Assembly: GCF_030028105.1 (NCBI RefSeq)
Contig: NC_092386.1
Coordinates: 24,899,721-24,963,720, forward strand
Length of the DNA stretch: 64,000 bases
Source of the DNA: Mobula birostris
Taxonomy: Eukaryota
Reading direction: 5' to 3'
The notes under the pieces are model-generated. The model saw only the letters and a program-made list of their open reading frames with translations, did no database searches and was not told the DNA's origin. This document shows, piece by piece, positions 24,881 through 37,590 of the stretch; within the stretch, counting starts at the first letter, position 1; the number at the start of each line of letters is the position of its first letter. Position numbers and translations under genes: made by a program.

Positions 24881-25844
24881 AACACATTTACTTTTCCAAA
24901 ATCCACCTGGAAAACGTGAGCAGTAAAGAATTTCAAGATACCATATTTACAAATAGATTAGATAGGATTTTGGAGAAATGGGGAATGGAAGGATCTTTGA
25001 ACAGGTACGTGAGTTTAGGACAACTGTCCAACAGATTGTTTGAGTATTATAACCCAGGGTATTTTAATTTGTATGTTATTCATTAACATATTTCAAATAA
25101 CCATGGAGGCAGAGAGCAGGAAAATAAAAAGATTGGAAGCAAAGACAAGTTGAAAATCACACTTCTGGTGTATTTTACATTTAAGCTATGCCCTTTTTAC
25201 ATTTTGCCTAAACCAGCGTAGTTTTGAGATTAATTAAGAATAAATTATGTTTAACAAAATTAAATATACATGAAGGTTTATGTACCTAATGCTGAAGGGC
25301 TGTTACTTTATCAAAGAAATCAATGAAGTAAGTCTGTTAGGATGAACGCCTTATAAAGCCATATTGATTGCCGCCTAATAGGTTGTTGTTGTTACCAAAA
25401 GTTCTTAAGTGCAGCCTTGATCATTGATTTAATAATTTCAACAGGGGTAAAAGCTAAATCCTGCCATCAGCCTGAATCTGCTTTGCCACCCATTTTGAAA
25501 CTAGAATCAATGAGATTCAATGCTAATGTCATATAAACCCCTGCTTACTTCTCTCAAAACAATGGTAAAACTATATAAACCATGCGGAGTTATCTGTGGT
25601 AACTCTGTTCAGCTTACAGAGGGGTTCTACCACAGAGATATTGGAGTCCCAATATATTTTTTCAGGTGAAGGCATGATGTTCATGCGTTCACGTTTCCTT
25701 GAGTGTATTTCAATGGGCTGGCCCTTCTCCATGTTAACGTTTAGTTATCCTCTGTATTAAGCCCAATCCACCCCTCTTATTACATTGCTGCAGTTCATAA
25801 GATGTGTTTCTTTTCTACCCTATTAAATCTATGTCTTGATAGTA

Positions 25845-27125
25845 TACGCCCGAGAGCTATTAAAACATGGCTGCCCTGGCAAGTACTTGCAAATACTGAG
25901 GCTACTGCAAGAGGGTATGTCAGTCACAGTATTCAGCAATAGTGATGCTGAATCAGAACCCTTCACTGTGAAGACAGAGTTCAAACAGGGCTGTATCTTT
26001 GTGTCCACCCTATTTGCCATCTTTATTGCTGTCATCCTTCACCTCATTGGCCAAGACCTGCCACAGGGAATCCCAATCATGTCCAGAATGCTGGTTCAAG
26101 GCCAAGAACAAGGTCAGCGCCACCACTATGCTCGAGCTTCAGAGTGTGATGATAATGCCATCGCAGCACACTCTGAAGAAAGTACTGAATTCCAATGCCT
26201 CCTCAATGCCTTTGTCCAGGGATATCTGGCCCTGCGTCTTGTTTCAAATAGAAAAAAAGCACAAGTCATACATCAGCCACTGCCCAACTGCCAGCTCTCC
26301 ATAAAAGCTGATGATATCACACTTGAAAATGTCAACCACTTTCCCTACCTTAGCAGCATTCTCTCCTTTAAATCAGATATCAACTCAGTGACCAACTAAT
26401 GCCTGAGTAGTGCTGGTGAAGCCTGCGCAAGATTAAGGAAAAGAGTCTTTGAAGTCTGTGACCTACAGCTCCAAACTGAGCAGTCGTTCTTCCTATATTA
26501 CTGTATGGAAATGAATCGTGGACCATTTACAATATACACCTGAAAGCCTGGACCAATACCACCAAAGGCTTATGAAAGACTTTGAGGATCATCTGGAACG
26601 ACACACATACCAACATCAGTGTACTGGAGGAAGCCAACATGAACAACATCTCCACCCTGATAAAGCAACACCAACTCCTATAGACAGATCATGTCATCTG
26701 GATGCCTGACTCACATCTCCCAAAACAGACCCTTTACTCCCAGTTGAAGGAAGGTCAACAAGCCCCAGGTGGGCAAAGGAAACTTTTCAAAGTTAACATC
26801 AAAATCAGCCTGAAGAAATTCAACAGGACACCTAAAAACATTACACTCAGTAGATACACCTGCAGGAAATCTGTTCAAAGAGAGATCTTCGATACATAAG
26901 AGCAACCTCCACCCCGTGCTGCAGAGAACAAGGAGCAACTGCAAAAAGAGAAACTGAACCACCAGAAGACCCAGCCACTAACCACAACCACCACTTACTC
27001 TTCCCCACACTGCATCAGAATACGTGGATCCCTGATCAGCCTCTAAAGCCATCCGAGGACCTACCAATAGTCAACTCTGTAGGAGAACATCATACTCGAC
27101 TTGAGTGATTGAACTTCTACTACCT
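25845..27125 (+). mobile_element. RTE-clade LINE, 5'-truncated RT pseudogene
   Basis: ORFs GCPGKYLQILRLLQEGM..SEPFTVKTEFKQGC..TLFAIF, LENVNHFPYLSSILS, MPDSHLPKQTLYSQL. Confidence 0.88.
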
Positions 27126-28067
27126 GTATGTGTTCTTGGCTGAACAGGTCACTGACTATTCAGGTATCATGACTCACCCTATTTCCAGTTCATCTGCTAT
27201 TCAATTAATGTTGATATTTCTCTATAGTTCTCTTAGTATTCAAGTAGGTTTTTAATTTGATACTAAATTTGTCTCTTCTGTTAAACCCTTGAAGTGTATC
27301 AGTTAAATCAACTTTACATTTTCCACCTTTTGAGCTTTAAGTCTTTAAGATTCTTGAATTGTTTTTCCCCCATGTTGATGTCTAAATTAAATTGAAATAA
27401 TGTGAAAGATGAAAGTTTTTGATGCTCAACTTGGCATTCCTGTGCTACACATACCCAGTCAGCTGCCAAGTTTCAAAGCTTATTGGCATTGATCCGATTA
27501 CATCCTTTTCACTGTCACTACAAGCCAGTCCATCTTAGTTCTACTCTGGCAAGGATAAACTGAACAACAATGACATAGCTTTTATGTTAACTTATGAGAT
27601 TAAAGTCAAAGACTTTTGACTTTCAGAATCAAATAAAAGCAATAAAGAAATACTGTTATATTCTGTGGGTTTCTATAATGCATAATCCGTTGGAATTTTC
27701 ATTGGGTTTGACAATGTATATTATCGGTGAGGCTGAGTGCTCCTAACATAATTTGAATGCCATTAAGGCAGTTTTCAGGAAACTGAGAAAATATCACCGT
27801 GGAGCAATGTGGTGATCAAGTATGAGAGTAATGAAATCGGGCTTCATTACAGGGATAAAGTTATTTAAAATGTGGAAGTCAGTAAGACGTTGTGAATTAT
27901 GGAAAAAGCTGATTAAAGCTTTATATTTTTACATAAGTGGTATGTGTGTTACTGTGGAGGCCAGCATGTCTGTTGCTGACTCTCCTTGCTCTTTTGTTGA
28001 ATGTGCTCTGACGAGAACAGGGTTCCAGGATTTTGACCAATTGTCAATTTCTTTGTTTTACGATTAC

Positions 28068-28285
28068 AACGTAGAACATAGAAATCCACAGCACATTACA
28101 GGCCCTTCGGCCCACAATGTTGTGCCAACCATGTAACCTACTCTAGAAACTGCCGGGAATTTCCCTACTGTATAGCCCTCTATTTTTTCTAAGCTTCATA
28201 TACCTACCTACGAGTCTCTTAAAAGACCCTATTGTATCTGCTTCTACCACCGTCGCCAGCAGTGCATTCCACACACTCACCACTT
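28068..28285 (-). mobile_element. CR1 3' end
   Basis: GAACATAGAAATCCACAGCACATTACAGGCCCTTCGGCCCAC. Confidence 0.8.
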
Positions 28286-28404
28286 CTCACTGGATTATTA
28301 AAGAAGATGAACAAATTTTAGACTATAATTAAGATAGAATATTCTTAAGGTTTGTTTTTAAAAAACAAATAAAACATCTGAGAGTTTAATCATGTGACCT
28401 AGTT

Positions 28405-29575
28405 TTCTTGCTGCTGCCATCAGGAAGGAGGTAGCGGAGCCTTAGGCCTTGCACCACCAGGTTCAAGGACAGTTATATACCTCTCAAGCATCAGGCTCCT
28501 GAAACAGTATGGATAATTTCACTTACCTCAACACTGAAATGATTCCACAACCTATGGACTCATTTTCAAGGACTCTTCGATGTATGTTCTCAGTATTTTT
28601 TATTTAATTAGTTATTTTTGTGTATTTGCAATGTTTATCTTCGTTTGCACATTGATTGTTTGTCAGACTCTGAGTTTATTTATCATTGATTCTGTTGTAT
28701 TTCTTTGTTCTACTGTGAAAGCCTGTGAGAAAATGGATCTTAGGGTAGTATGTGGGGACATGTATGTACTTTATACTTTATTGTCGCCAAACAATTGATA
28801 CTGGAGCGTACAATCATCACAGCGATATTTGATTCTGCTCTTCGTGCTCCCTGGAGTACAAATCGATAGTAAATATTAAAAATTTAAATTATAAATCATA
28901 AATAGAAAATAGAAAAGGGAAAGTAAGGTAGGGCAAAAAAACCGAGAGGCAGGTCCGGATATTTGGAGGGTACGGCCCAGATCCGGGTCAGGATCCGTTC
29001 AGCAGTCTTATCACAGTTGGAAAGGAACTGTTCCCAAATCTGGCCGTACAAGCCTTCAAGCTCCTGAGCCTTCTCCCAGAGGGAAGAGGGACGAAAAATG
29101 TGTTGGCTGGGTGGGTCGTGTCCTTGATTATCCTGGCAGCATTGCTTCAACAGTGATAGCTGGTGTGTGTTCCTTTGACTTCCCCTCCCTGAAGTCCACA
29201 ATCCACTCCTTGATCTTACTGACGTTGAGTGTAAGGTTGTTGTCGTGACACCACTCAACCAGCTGATCTATCTTGCTCCTGTACGCCTCCTCGTCACCAT
29301 CTGAAATTCCGCCAACAGTTGTGCCATTGGCAAATTTATAGATGGCGTTTGAGCTGGCTACTCCTTCATGGGTGCAGAGAGGGTAGAGCAGTGAGTTGAG
29401 CACGCAACCTAGAGGTGCGTCACTATTGATCGTCAGTGAGAAGGAGATATTTATTTCCGATCTGCACTGAGTGGGAGTTCCTGATGAGGAAGCCAAGGAT
29501 TCAATTGCAGAGGGAGGTACAGAGGCCCAGGTTTCAGAGCGTGTTGGTTAGTACTGAGGGTGTGATGGTGTTGTA
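28405..29575. mobile_element. Cluster of Rex1/Babar-like LINE pieces (28405-28770 +, 28770-29150 -, 29150-29575 -)
   Basis: ORF APLGCVLNSLLYPLCTHE..YKFANGTTVGGISDGDEEAYR..WCHDNNLTLNVSK; shared 3' UTRs. Confidence 0.8.
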
Positions 29576-30537
29576 ATAAATAAACAATAAATCAATAAAT
29601 CTTCTGGGAAAGAAGTACATCCTCTGCTGAACCTTTTTGTTAATAAAGGAGATATAATACCACATATATTGGTGGTGTAAAGCTAAGGGACTAGATATGA
29701 AAAGTATTAGTTTCTTGGTTTAGTCTAGAAGTGGAATAAGGCGGATGATGCACCTACATTATGTTTTGTTGCAGTACACAGACATGGAAATCTGGAACAC
29801 ATTCCTATGAGAGCTGCAAGTTTACAGCAGTTCTCTATGGAATCACAAGCCATCAGTCAGTGTCACTCACCCAAGTTACCTGGGGAGATCTTGAAGTGCT
29901 GGCCTGCTTTGACTTGCTCCAAAGCTATCAGAATTAAGCAGTCTGCTTCATGACTTACTGAAGAAAGTTGCTTTGGATTGTCACTGTGAATTGAAGAAAA
30001 GGATATCAATCATTTACCAATATTAAAGTTGAGAAAGATCATTAAGGATCATCAGTTGTGTGTCTTAACTGAAGGAGGTATGCTAATATATTGTACAAAC
30101 AGGTCAGCTTGAGTGACTGCAACAGATGAAAACCTGAATTTGTTAGTGATAATTATCAAAGATTCAGTTCCCACAGGGGACAAAGCATCACACCGATGTC
30201 TCTATGATTCAACTTGAAAGGTGAATCTTGCATTCGCAATAGATTAATCTTGAAAGAAGATTGATTATTTTTGCCACTTCAAGTGAGAGTTGAGGTGAAG
30301 TATAATGCTCATTTAGGTCATTTCCAAATTTGGAGAAGTGAAAACGATTTCCTGTCTTCTGATGAACAGGCCAGAGACATGTCAAAGTTTTTCTGGTAGT
30401 GTTTCTGTGAAATACCTTAATATATAGTGCTATGTATAAGACAGTTATTTTTACACAATGATCCCTTCAAGGGCTGACAAACTGTTTTTAATATAGTTTT
30501 TAATGACTTTTTCTCACTTTCCATGGAATATTTATTG

Positions 30538-30812
30538 TTGTCATAGAGTCATAGAACACTCCAGCACAGAACAGGCTCTTCGGCCCATTTAGTCTGTGCT
30601 GAACTATTATTCTGCCTAATCCTATTGACTTGCACCCAGACCACAGCCCTCCCCATCCATGTACCTATCCAAATTTCACTTAATTGTTGAAATTGAACCC
30701 CTATTCATCACTTGCACTGGCAGCTCGCTCCACACTCTCATCACCCTCTGAGTGAAGAAGCTCCCCCTCATGTTCACCTTAAACATTTCACCTTTCACCC
30801 TTAACCCATGAC
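30538..30812 (-). mobile_element. CR1 3' end
   Basis: GTCATAGAGTCATAGAACACTCCAGCACAG..CCTTTCACCCTTAACCCATG. Confidence 0.8.
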
Positions 30813-32101
30813 TATTTTTACTATTACAGTCCCTGAGGTTGAGATGTTTAATGGAAACGTGACAATTTCTCAGGCCTTAGGGAGGCCTCTGATGACCTTG
30901 CGCTGATCATGATTTCCAATGTGCTTGACTGCTTACTGGCCTTGGATATGGTTTAGTAAGTCACATGATACAAGGGCAGTGATGGATTGGCAATAAAGGG
31001 TAACCTTGCAAATATGTGAGCTGATAAGGAAGACTTTTACAATAAATAACTTCGTGAGGTTGTACGAGTGAAAGGAGGTGAATTGTCTCTCGAGAATAAT
31101 TTTGTTTTGTGGATTTTTTTTTATTTGTTGAGTACATAAGCACACGATTTCCTTTAGCTGCTGGTCATGCAGTTGCATTTTCCTTCAGTGCCCAGCCACT
31201 CATTCATTATTTCATTTGGAAGCTGATGGGTTGCAACAGTTAACCAGCTAAGGCAAACTTCAGGTTGCTGACAATTCCCTTCACAGCAGCTTGTAGTTGA
31301 TTAGTTTTCAGCATGTGAGTTGTTTCTGTTTGTGAGTAAAAGCCTTACATGGACAATGCAAAGGACTTCTCAAATGACCAGTCAACCATCCTTTACACTG
31401 GATAAGAGCCCAGGGCAAGCAGCTCACGTGACAACGCCAAGAGAAAATCTTGGGTATCTAGAGTTGATCAGCAGAATAAGATGATTGGAAATTGGTCACT
31501 AATTGTGTACTAGTTAATTGGGAAACCACCCACCGACAGGACACAGCTGCAGGAACCCAGCAAACATGACACTCATCCAGAAGACTGCATTGTACATTTA
31601 TACCTTTATTTTGATTCACTTCTTCATTTTGTTCCTTGCTGCCTTTCAAACTCAGATTCCGATTCATTTATTTATCATGGGAACATCGAAACCAAAGGGG
31701 ACAACTTCACTCAATTTCACTTGCCTCATCGTTGAAATGTTCTCACATTCAATGGACTCACTTTCAAGGACTCCATCTCATGTTCGCGATATTAATTGCC
31801 TATTTATTTATTATACCAAAATCAACAACAACAAAGCAAGCCCTTCCTCCCTCCCATCCACCCCCACACATGGACAGTCCTCCAACACCAGGTCAGGCTT
31901 CCACTCTCGATCCTTCAGCCTTTGGCTTCTGGACTTCCGATCAACCTTTGGGCTTTGATCTTCAGAATTGTCCTCAGGGCTAGCCCATCGCAGGACCCTG
32001 AATTCTGGGCTTGCTGACTCACCGGCTCTTGTGCCTCCTGTTTGCATTGCCACCTGATCCTGGAATCCGCTGACCCGGGACAGACAATGCGACAAACCAC
32101 G

Positions 32102-32428
32102 GATGTCCTTTGTCCCCTGTCCTCATCACTGGCCTTTGAGCATGGAGCGTAGGCTTGGATTCCAAACGTCTTTCATCCCATGACCATGTTGCTGGTCATC
32201 GAGTGAGGAGGGGAGGCCTAGAGTTCAGATGTCCTTCATCACATGTGCACATCATTGACTTTTGAGCATGGAGTGGAGGGCTAGGCTCCAATGTCCTTCA
32301 TCCCATGTCCATATTGCTGGCCTTTGAATGCGGAGCATAAGTCTAGACTCCAGATTCCTTTGTCTCATGTCTATGTCTCTGGCCCTTGAGCACGGAGCGG
32401 AGGCTTGGACTCCTGATGTCCTTTGTCA
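32102..32428. repeat. Degenerate minisatellite, ~62-bp unit, ~5 copies
   Basis: Repeating GATGTCCTT..TCCCATGTCCAT....TGGCCTTTGAGCATGGAGCGGAGGCTTGGACTCC. Confidence 0.85.
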
Positions 32429-33503
32429 TCTTTCAGTTGCTGTCCAACTTCACGCCGTGCTTTTGCTTAAGTAGTTGCTCCATCTTCACCTTGTCTCTGT
32501 AATTCCCTGGCTGCATGGCACAAGGAATTCAGTTTTGAGGTGGTGTTCGTGTCTTTCCATGTCCCAGCAATTGTAGATTAGCTGAACCAGGGATTTCTGG
32601 CGAAGCCAGAAATAGGTCAGATGAAATCTAACTCCATCAGACCTACAACCACGGGACACAGAAATACGAGGCAAATTGTATCCCTGTGCTACTATTACAG
32701 CATCTTTCCTAATGCTAATATTGTGATATAGAGCACAGCCCTGACACTGGATACATCTTAATGGAAGATGATAAATAATAGAAGCAAGTCATCCAAGGAC
32801 ATACGCATTAAAAAAGAATTGTAGCTGTTTTTTTGATTAGAGCAAAAATTTATGCCAAATAATTGACACTTAAAACTACTTTAAATGTAACTGTTTTAAA
32901 TATTTTGAGTAAGTTTTAAAGGTGATTAAGGAAAATCCATCCTTGTTGTTTCTGTTAATAATTATATTTTTCTTTTCTTGTGCGGTGCAGATGGTTTCGC
33001 ACAGTGTCAGAAGGGAATCCCCCTACAATTCACTCTCCATGATTCATGTGTTGTCTCTGACTTTATATTATGTGTGGGTTGTTTGTCATGGCCATTTGTT
33101 CTCACAATGCATTAGTCGCACAATTGAGGCAGCCTCCTCGAGGAGATGTGCACAAAAGCTTCTTTCAAGTCGCAGCCTCGGTTGGTGTCTTCCATGACTT
33201 TTCGAGCAATAAAGGAAATGTAAATTCACAAAGTAATTGTATAGCCTATAGTAACACTGCTTGCTCTAACTGCCCAGAAATCAAGCCGACTGTGACTGTA
33301 TATTATGCACAAACTATATGCATTAAATCTAATTTTCCTTCGTGAAAGTTGGCCCACTTGTGATTCACCTTCACGTGGCTGGTGTTTGCCCAGTGCGAGT
33401 CAGCTGACCAATGATGTCGCAGGATGCTCAGTCCACGTTTTCCAAGTGCCGGCGTTTGTGTGGAACCTGTTCCCTCTGCATATTGGACAGGGATCGGGAA
33501 TGA

Positions 33504-33735
33504 GAGTCCCGATGAAGGGTCTCGGCCCCAAACGTCGACTGTCTACTCTTTTCCACAGATATACTCACAACACGCTGGAGGAGCTCAGCAAGTCGGACAG
33601 CATCTGTGGAAACGATGAGTTGACGTTTTGGGCCGGAACTCTTCATCAGGACTGATGAGTCGATGTTTCGGGCCGGAACCCTTCTGCCTAGATGCTGCCT
33701 GGCCTGCTGAGCTCCTCCAGCATTTTGTGTGTGTT
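33504..33735. mobile_element. Two Penelope-like terminal fragments nested in opposite orientation
   Basis: Outer + copy 33504-33560 plus 33689-33735; inner - copy 33561-33684. Confidence 0.8.
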
Positions 33736-34269
33736 TCTCAGGGATGAGGACGATCAGTGCTGGCACACTGCACCAGCCAGTCTCAGTTGGTACTGCCTGT
33801 CATTAGGGAGCAGAGTTCAATGGTCGTCCCTTCACTGACTGCATACTCAAATCAGTTCTGAGCTGTGTACTGTCATCACTGGACTGACACCTTAAAATGG
33901 CCAGAGGTCTTGTACAACACTGGCCTTGGTCAGACCACATCAACAGATGGAGCCAGCCCAGGCCACTGGAGCCTTTTGTGCAGCTTCACTGAGACACCCA
34001 TGGAGAGGGTTCTCTTTCCAGCAGTCAACACGGCATCTATGAACCCTGTATGGAGCTCCTGATGGAACCCAGATCCCATTTCAGTGCTGGACTTTGGATA
34101 TAACATGTAAATTGTACATTTTTTCTCTCCTGCAGGCATCGGCGCTATCTGCAACATGTGTTCAGCACAATTAAAGTGGTTGAAATCTAACTTCTAGGCA
34201 GATCTTTCCATGTACAGAGAGGAAAATAATTTGTCCCTGAATTATACACCATTCATATCTATATTATCT

Positions 34270-36222
34270 GAAACAGGGGGTAAATCAGGTGCTTGAGGAG
34301 TATAAGAAGTGCAAGAAAATACTTAAGAAAGAAATCAGGAGGGCAAAAAGAAGACATGAGGTTGCCTTGGCAGTCAAAGTGAAGGATAATCCAAAGAGCA
34401 TTTACAAGTATATTAAGAGCAAAAGGATTGTAAGGGATAAAATTGGTCCTCTTGAAGATCAGAGTGGTCGGCTTTGTGCGGAACCAAAGGAAATGGGGGA
34501 GATCTTAAATAGGTTTTTTGCGTCTGTATTTACTAAGGAAGCTGGCATGAAATCTATGGAATTGAGGGAATCAAGTAGTGAGACCATGGAAACTGTACAG
34601 ATTGAAAAGGAGGAGGTCCTTGCTGTCTTGAGGAAAATTAAAGTGGATAAATCCCTGGGACCTGACAGAGTGTTCCCTTGGACCTTGAAGGAGACTAGTG
34701 TTGAAATTGCGGGAGCCCTGGCAGAAATATTTAAAATGTCGCTGTCTACGGGTGAAGTGCCGGAGGATTGGAGAGTGGCTCATGTTGTTCCGTTGTTTAA
34801 AAAAGGATCGAAAAGTAATCCGGGAAATTATAGGCCGGTGAGTTTAACGTCAGTAGTAGGTAAATTATTGGAGGGAGTACTAAGAGACAGAATCTACAAG
34901 CATTTGGATAGACAGGGGCTTATTAGGAAAAGTCAACATGGCTTTGTGCGTGGTAGGTCATGTTTGACCAATCTGTTGGAGTTTTTCGAGGAGGTTACCA
35001 GGAAAGTGGATGAAGGGAAGGCAGTGGATATTGTCTACATGGACTTCAGTAAGGCCTTTGACAAGGTCCCGCATGGAAGGTTAGTTAGGAAAATTCAGTC
35101 GCTAGGTATACATGGAGAGGTGGTAAATTGGATTAGACATTGGCTCGATGGAAGAAGCCAGAGAGTGGTGGTAGAAAATTGCTTCTCTGAGTGGAGGCCT
35201 GTGACTAGTGGTGTGCCACAGGGATCAGTGCTGGGTCCATTGTTATTTGTCATCTATATCAATGATCTGGATGATAATGTGGTAAATTGGATCAGCAAGT
35301 TTGCTGATGATACAAAGATTAGAGGTGTAGTAGACAGTGAGGAAGGTTTTCAGAGCCTGCAGAGGGACTTGGACCAGCTGGAAAAAAGGGCTGAAAAATG
35401 GCAGATGGAGTTTAATACTGACAAGTGTGAAGTATTGCACGTTGGAAGGACAAACCAACGTAGAACATACAGGGTTAATGGTAAGGCACTGAGGAGTGCA
35501 GTGGAACAGAGGGATCTGGGAATACAGATACAAAATTCCCTAAAAGTGTCATCACAGGTAGATAGGGTCGTAAAGAGAGCTTTTGGTACATTGGCCTTTA
35601 TTAATCAAAGTATTGAGTATAAGAGCCGGAATGTTATGATGGGGTTGTATAAGGCATTGGTGAGGCCGAATCTGGAGTATTGTGTTCAGTTTTGGTCACC
35701 AAATTACAGGAAGGATATAAATAAGGTTGAAAGAGTGCAGAGAGGGTTTACAAGGATGCTGCTGGGACTTGAGAAACTCAGTTACAGAGAAAGGTTGAAT
35801 AGGTTAGGACTTTATTCCCTGGAGCGTAGAAGAATGAGGGGAGATTTGATAGAGGTATATAAAATTATGATGGGTATAGATAGAGTGAATGCAAGCAGGC
35901 TTTTTCCACTGAGGCTAGGGGAGAAAAAAACCAGAGGACATGGGTTAAGTGTGAGGGGGGAAAAGTTTAAAGGGAACATTAGGGGTGGCTTCTTCACACA
36001 GAGAGTGGTGGGAGTATGGAATGAGCTGCCAGACGAGATGGTAAATGCGGGTTCCTTTTTAACATTTAAGAATAAATTGGACAGATACATGGATGGGAGG
36101 TGTATGGAGGGATATGGTCCGTGTGCAGGTCAGTGGGACTAGGCAGAAAATGGTTCGGCATAGCCAAGAAGGGCCAAAGGGCCTGTTTCTGTGCTGTAGT
36201 TTCTGTGGTTCTATGGTTCTAT
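34270..36222 (+). mobile_element. Young 5'-truncated CR1 LINE
   Basis: Uninterrupted RT frame, 3' tail TTTCTGTGGTTCTATGGTTCT; near-identical to 14695-16645 inverted. Confidence 0.97.
34289..36142 (+). CDS. CR1 ORF2 reverse transcriptase frame (617 aa, lacks APE, begins at GTG; probably not expressed)
   Basis: NYRPVSLTS, YMDFSKAFDKVPH, GVPQGSVLGPLLF, KFADDTK, DLGI motifs. Confidence 0.8.
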   Translation: MLEEYKKCKKILKKEIRRAKRRHEVALAVKVKDNPKSIYKYIKSKRIVRDKIGPLEDQSGRLCAEPKEMGEILNRFFASVFTKEAGMKSMELRESSSETMETVQIEKEEVLAVLRKIKVDKSLGPDRVFPWTLKETSVEIAGALAEIFKMSLSTGEVPEDWRVAHVVPLFKKGSKSNPGNYRPVSLTSVVGKLLEGVLRDRIYKHLDRQGLIRKSQHGFVRGRSCLTNLLEFFEEVTRKVDEGKAVDIVYMDFSKAFDKVPHGRLVRKIQSLGIHGEVVNWIRHWLDGRSQRVVVENCFSEWRPVTSGVPQGSVLGPLLFVIYINDLDDNVVNWISKFADDTKIRGVVDSEEGFQSLQRDLDQLEKRAEKWQMEFNTDKCEVLHVGRTNQRRTYRVNGKALRSAVEQRDLGIQIQNSLKVSSQVDRVVKRAFGTLAFINQSIEYKSRNVMMGLYKALVRPNLEYCVQFWSPNYRKDINKVERVQRGFTRMLLGLEKLSYRERLNRLGLYSLERRRMRGDLIEVYKIMMGIDRVNASRLFPLRLGEKKTRGHGLSVRGEKFKGNIRGGFFTQRVVGVWNELPDEMVNAGSFLTFKNKLDRYMDGRCMEGYGPCAGQWD

Positions 36223-36964
36223 ATATCATCAAGTCACATTTATTCCCTGTCCTTACGCTGTCTAATAATCAGGCTTTCATCTACAGTTCGCAGTAGAAAT
36301 TATTAAATGTTAAAATCCTTCCTTTGCCATTTTGAAGCTTTGTCCTTTATCTTGCTGTTGTGACCTAAAACAATATTTTTGAAGGCACTTTAGATTTTTT
36401 CTTTGCTTCAGAGTCAGAATCACAATTGGGTTTATTGTCACTGACATTAGTCGTGAAATTAGTTGTTTTATGGCAGTGCTACAGAGCAGGTATAACAAGT
36501 TATCATAACGTGGTGGTGAGTCCTACAAAGGACCTGCAGAATTATGTTCAGGAATATGCCTCATAGAGAGATAGTACAATAAACAGATAGTGAATGGGAT
36601 TGAAGAGTGGCTTAACCATCGAAACTTGTTGTGATCTGAACTGTATTTTATAGTTGCTGTCAAACGTAATATTTCAAGCTTTCAGAAGTGGGACACAATT
36701 CACTTTATGAGCTGGGAAGAAGATTTATTTTCTAGATTGCGGGTGATACCTTTAATCACTCCCAGCTTGCTTCAACACTCTTCCCGGTTGATGAACCTGA
36801 GAGAAAAAAAATGTGAGAATGAATGCGACAAACTAAGTCAGCCTTTTGGTTCTCCCTGGGCCAGGATACTTCCTTCAGTAGGTTTGGTCCTCTCCGACCT
36901 CAAATGGATTAACCCAAAGTACTACTTTTTTCTGTTTTTAATGCAGATTTCCTGTATCTGAAGA

Positions 36965-37590
36965 TTAAACAAAAACAGGCAAACTGCTGCAGGAGCTCGG
37001 CAGACCCTTGTAGTACCTATGGAGAGAAATAAAGTCAATGTTTTGGGCTGAGATCCTTCATCAGGACTGGAAAGGAAGTGAGAAGGAGCCAGTGCAGTAA
37101 GGTAGGGAGAGAGGAAAGAGTACAGCCTGGCAGATAAGGGGCGAAGCCAGGTGAGGAGGAAGGCGAGTGGCTAGGGGAGGGGTTTGAAGTGGGAAGCTGG
37201 GAGGGGAGAAGTGGCAAAGGTAAAGGGCTGAAGAAGAGGGAGTTTGATAGGAAGGGACAGTGGACCATGGTAGAAAGGAAAGGAGGAGGAGTAGCTGATG
37301 AGGTGACAGACAAGTGAGAAGAAGAGGAGGGGTAAGAGGAGAGTCCGCATGGGAATGGAAAAAGAGAGAAGGGGGGGTAGAAATTACTGTAAGTTAGAGA
37401 AATTAATGTTGGGGGCTACTCAGATGGAAGAGGAGATGTTGCTCCTCCAAACTGAGTGCCTCATCATGGCAGAAGAGGCCATGGACCGACATGTTGGAAT
37501 GGGAATGGGAATGGGAATAGAATTCAAATGGGTGGTCACCGGGAAATACCACTTACTGTGGCGGGCAGAGCGAAACTTCTCAACGAAGCA
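36965..37590 (-). mobile_element. Penelope-like element 3' fragment
   Basis: ORF YFPVTTHLNSIPIP; purine-rich UTR; degenerate hammerhead at 37033-37069. Confidence 0.8.

Noticed and set aside
29775-29953. Acceptor-like TTTTGTTGCAG followed by a ~58-codon open frame
   Set aside because: No recognisable similarity or donor site; expected by chance.
32102-32428. Possible CRISPR-like array
   Set aside because: Whole units are homologous with no unique spacers; eukaryotic context and no cas genes.
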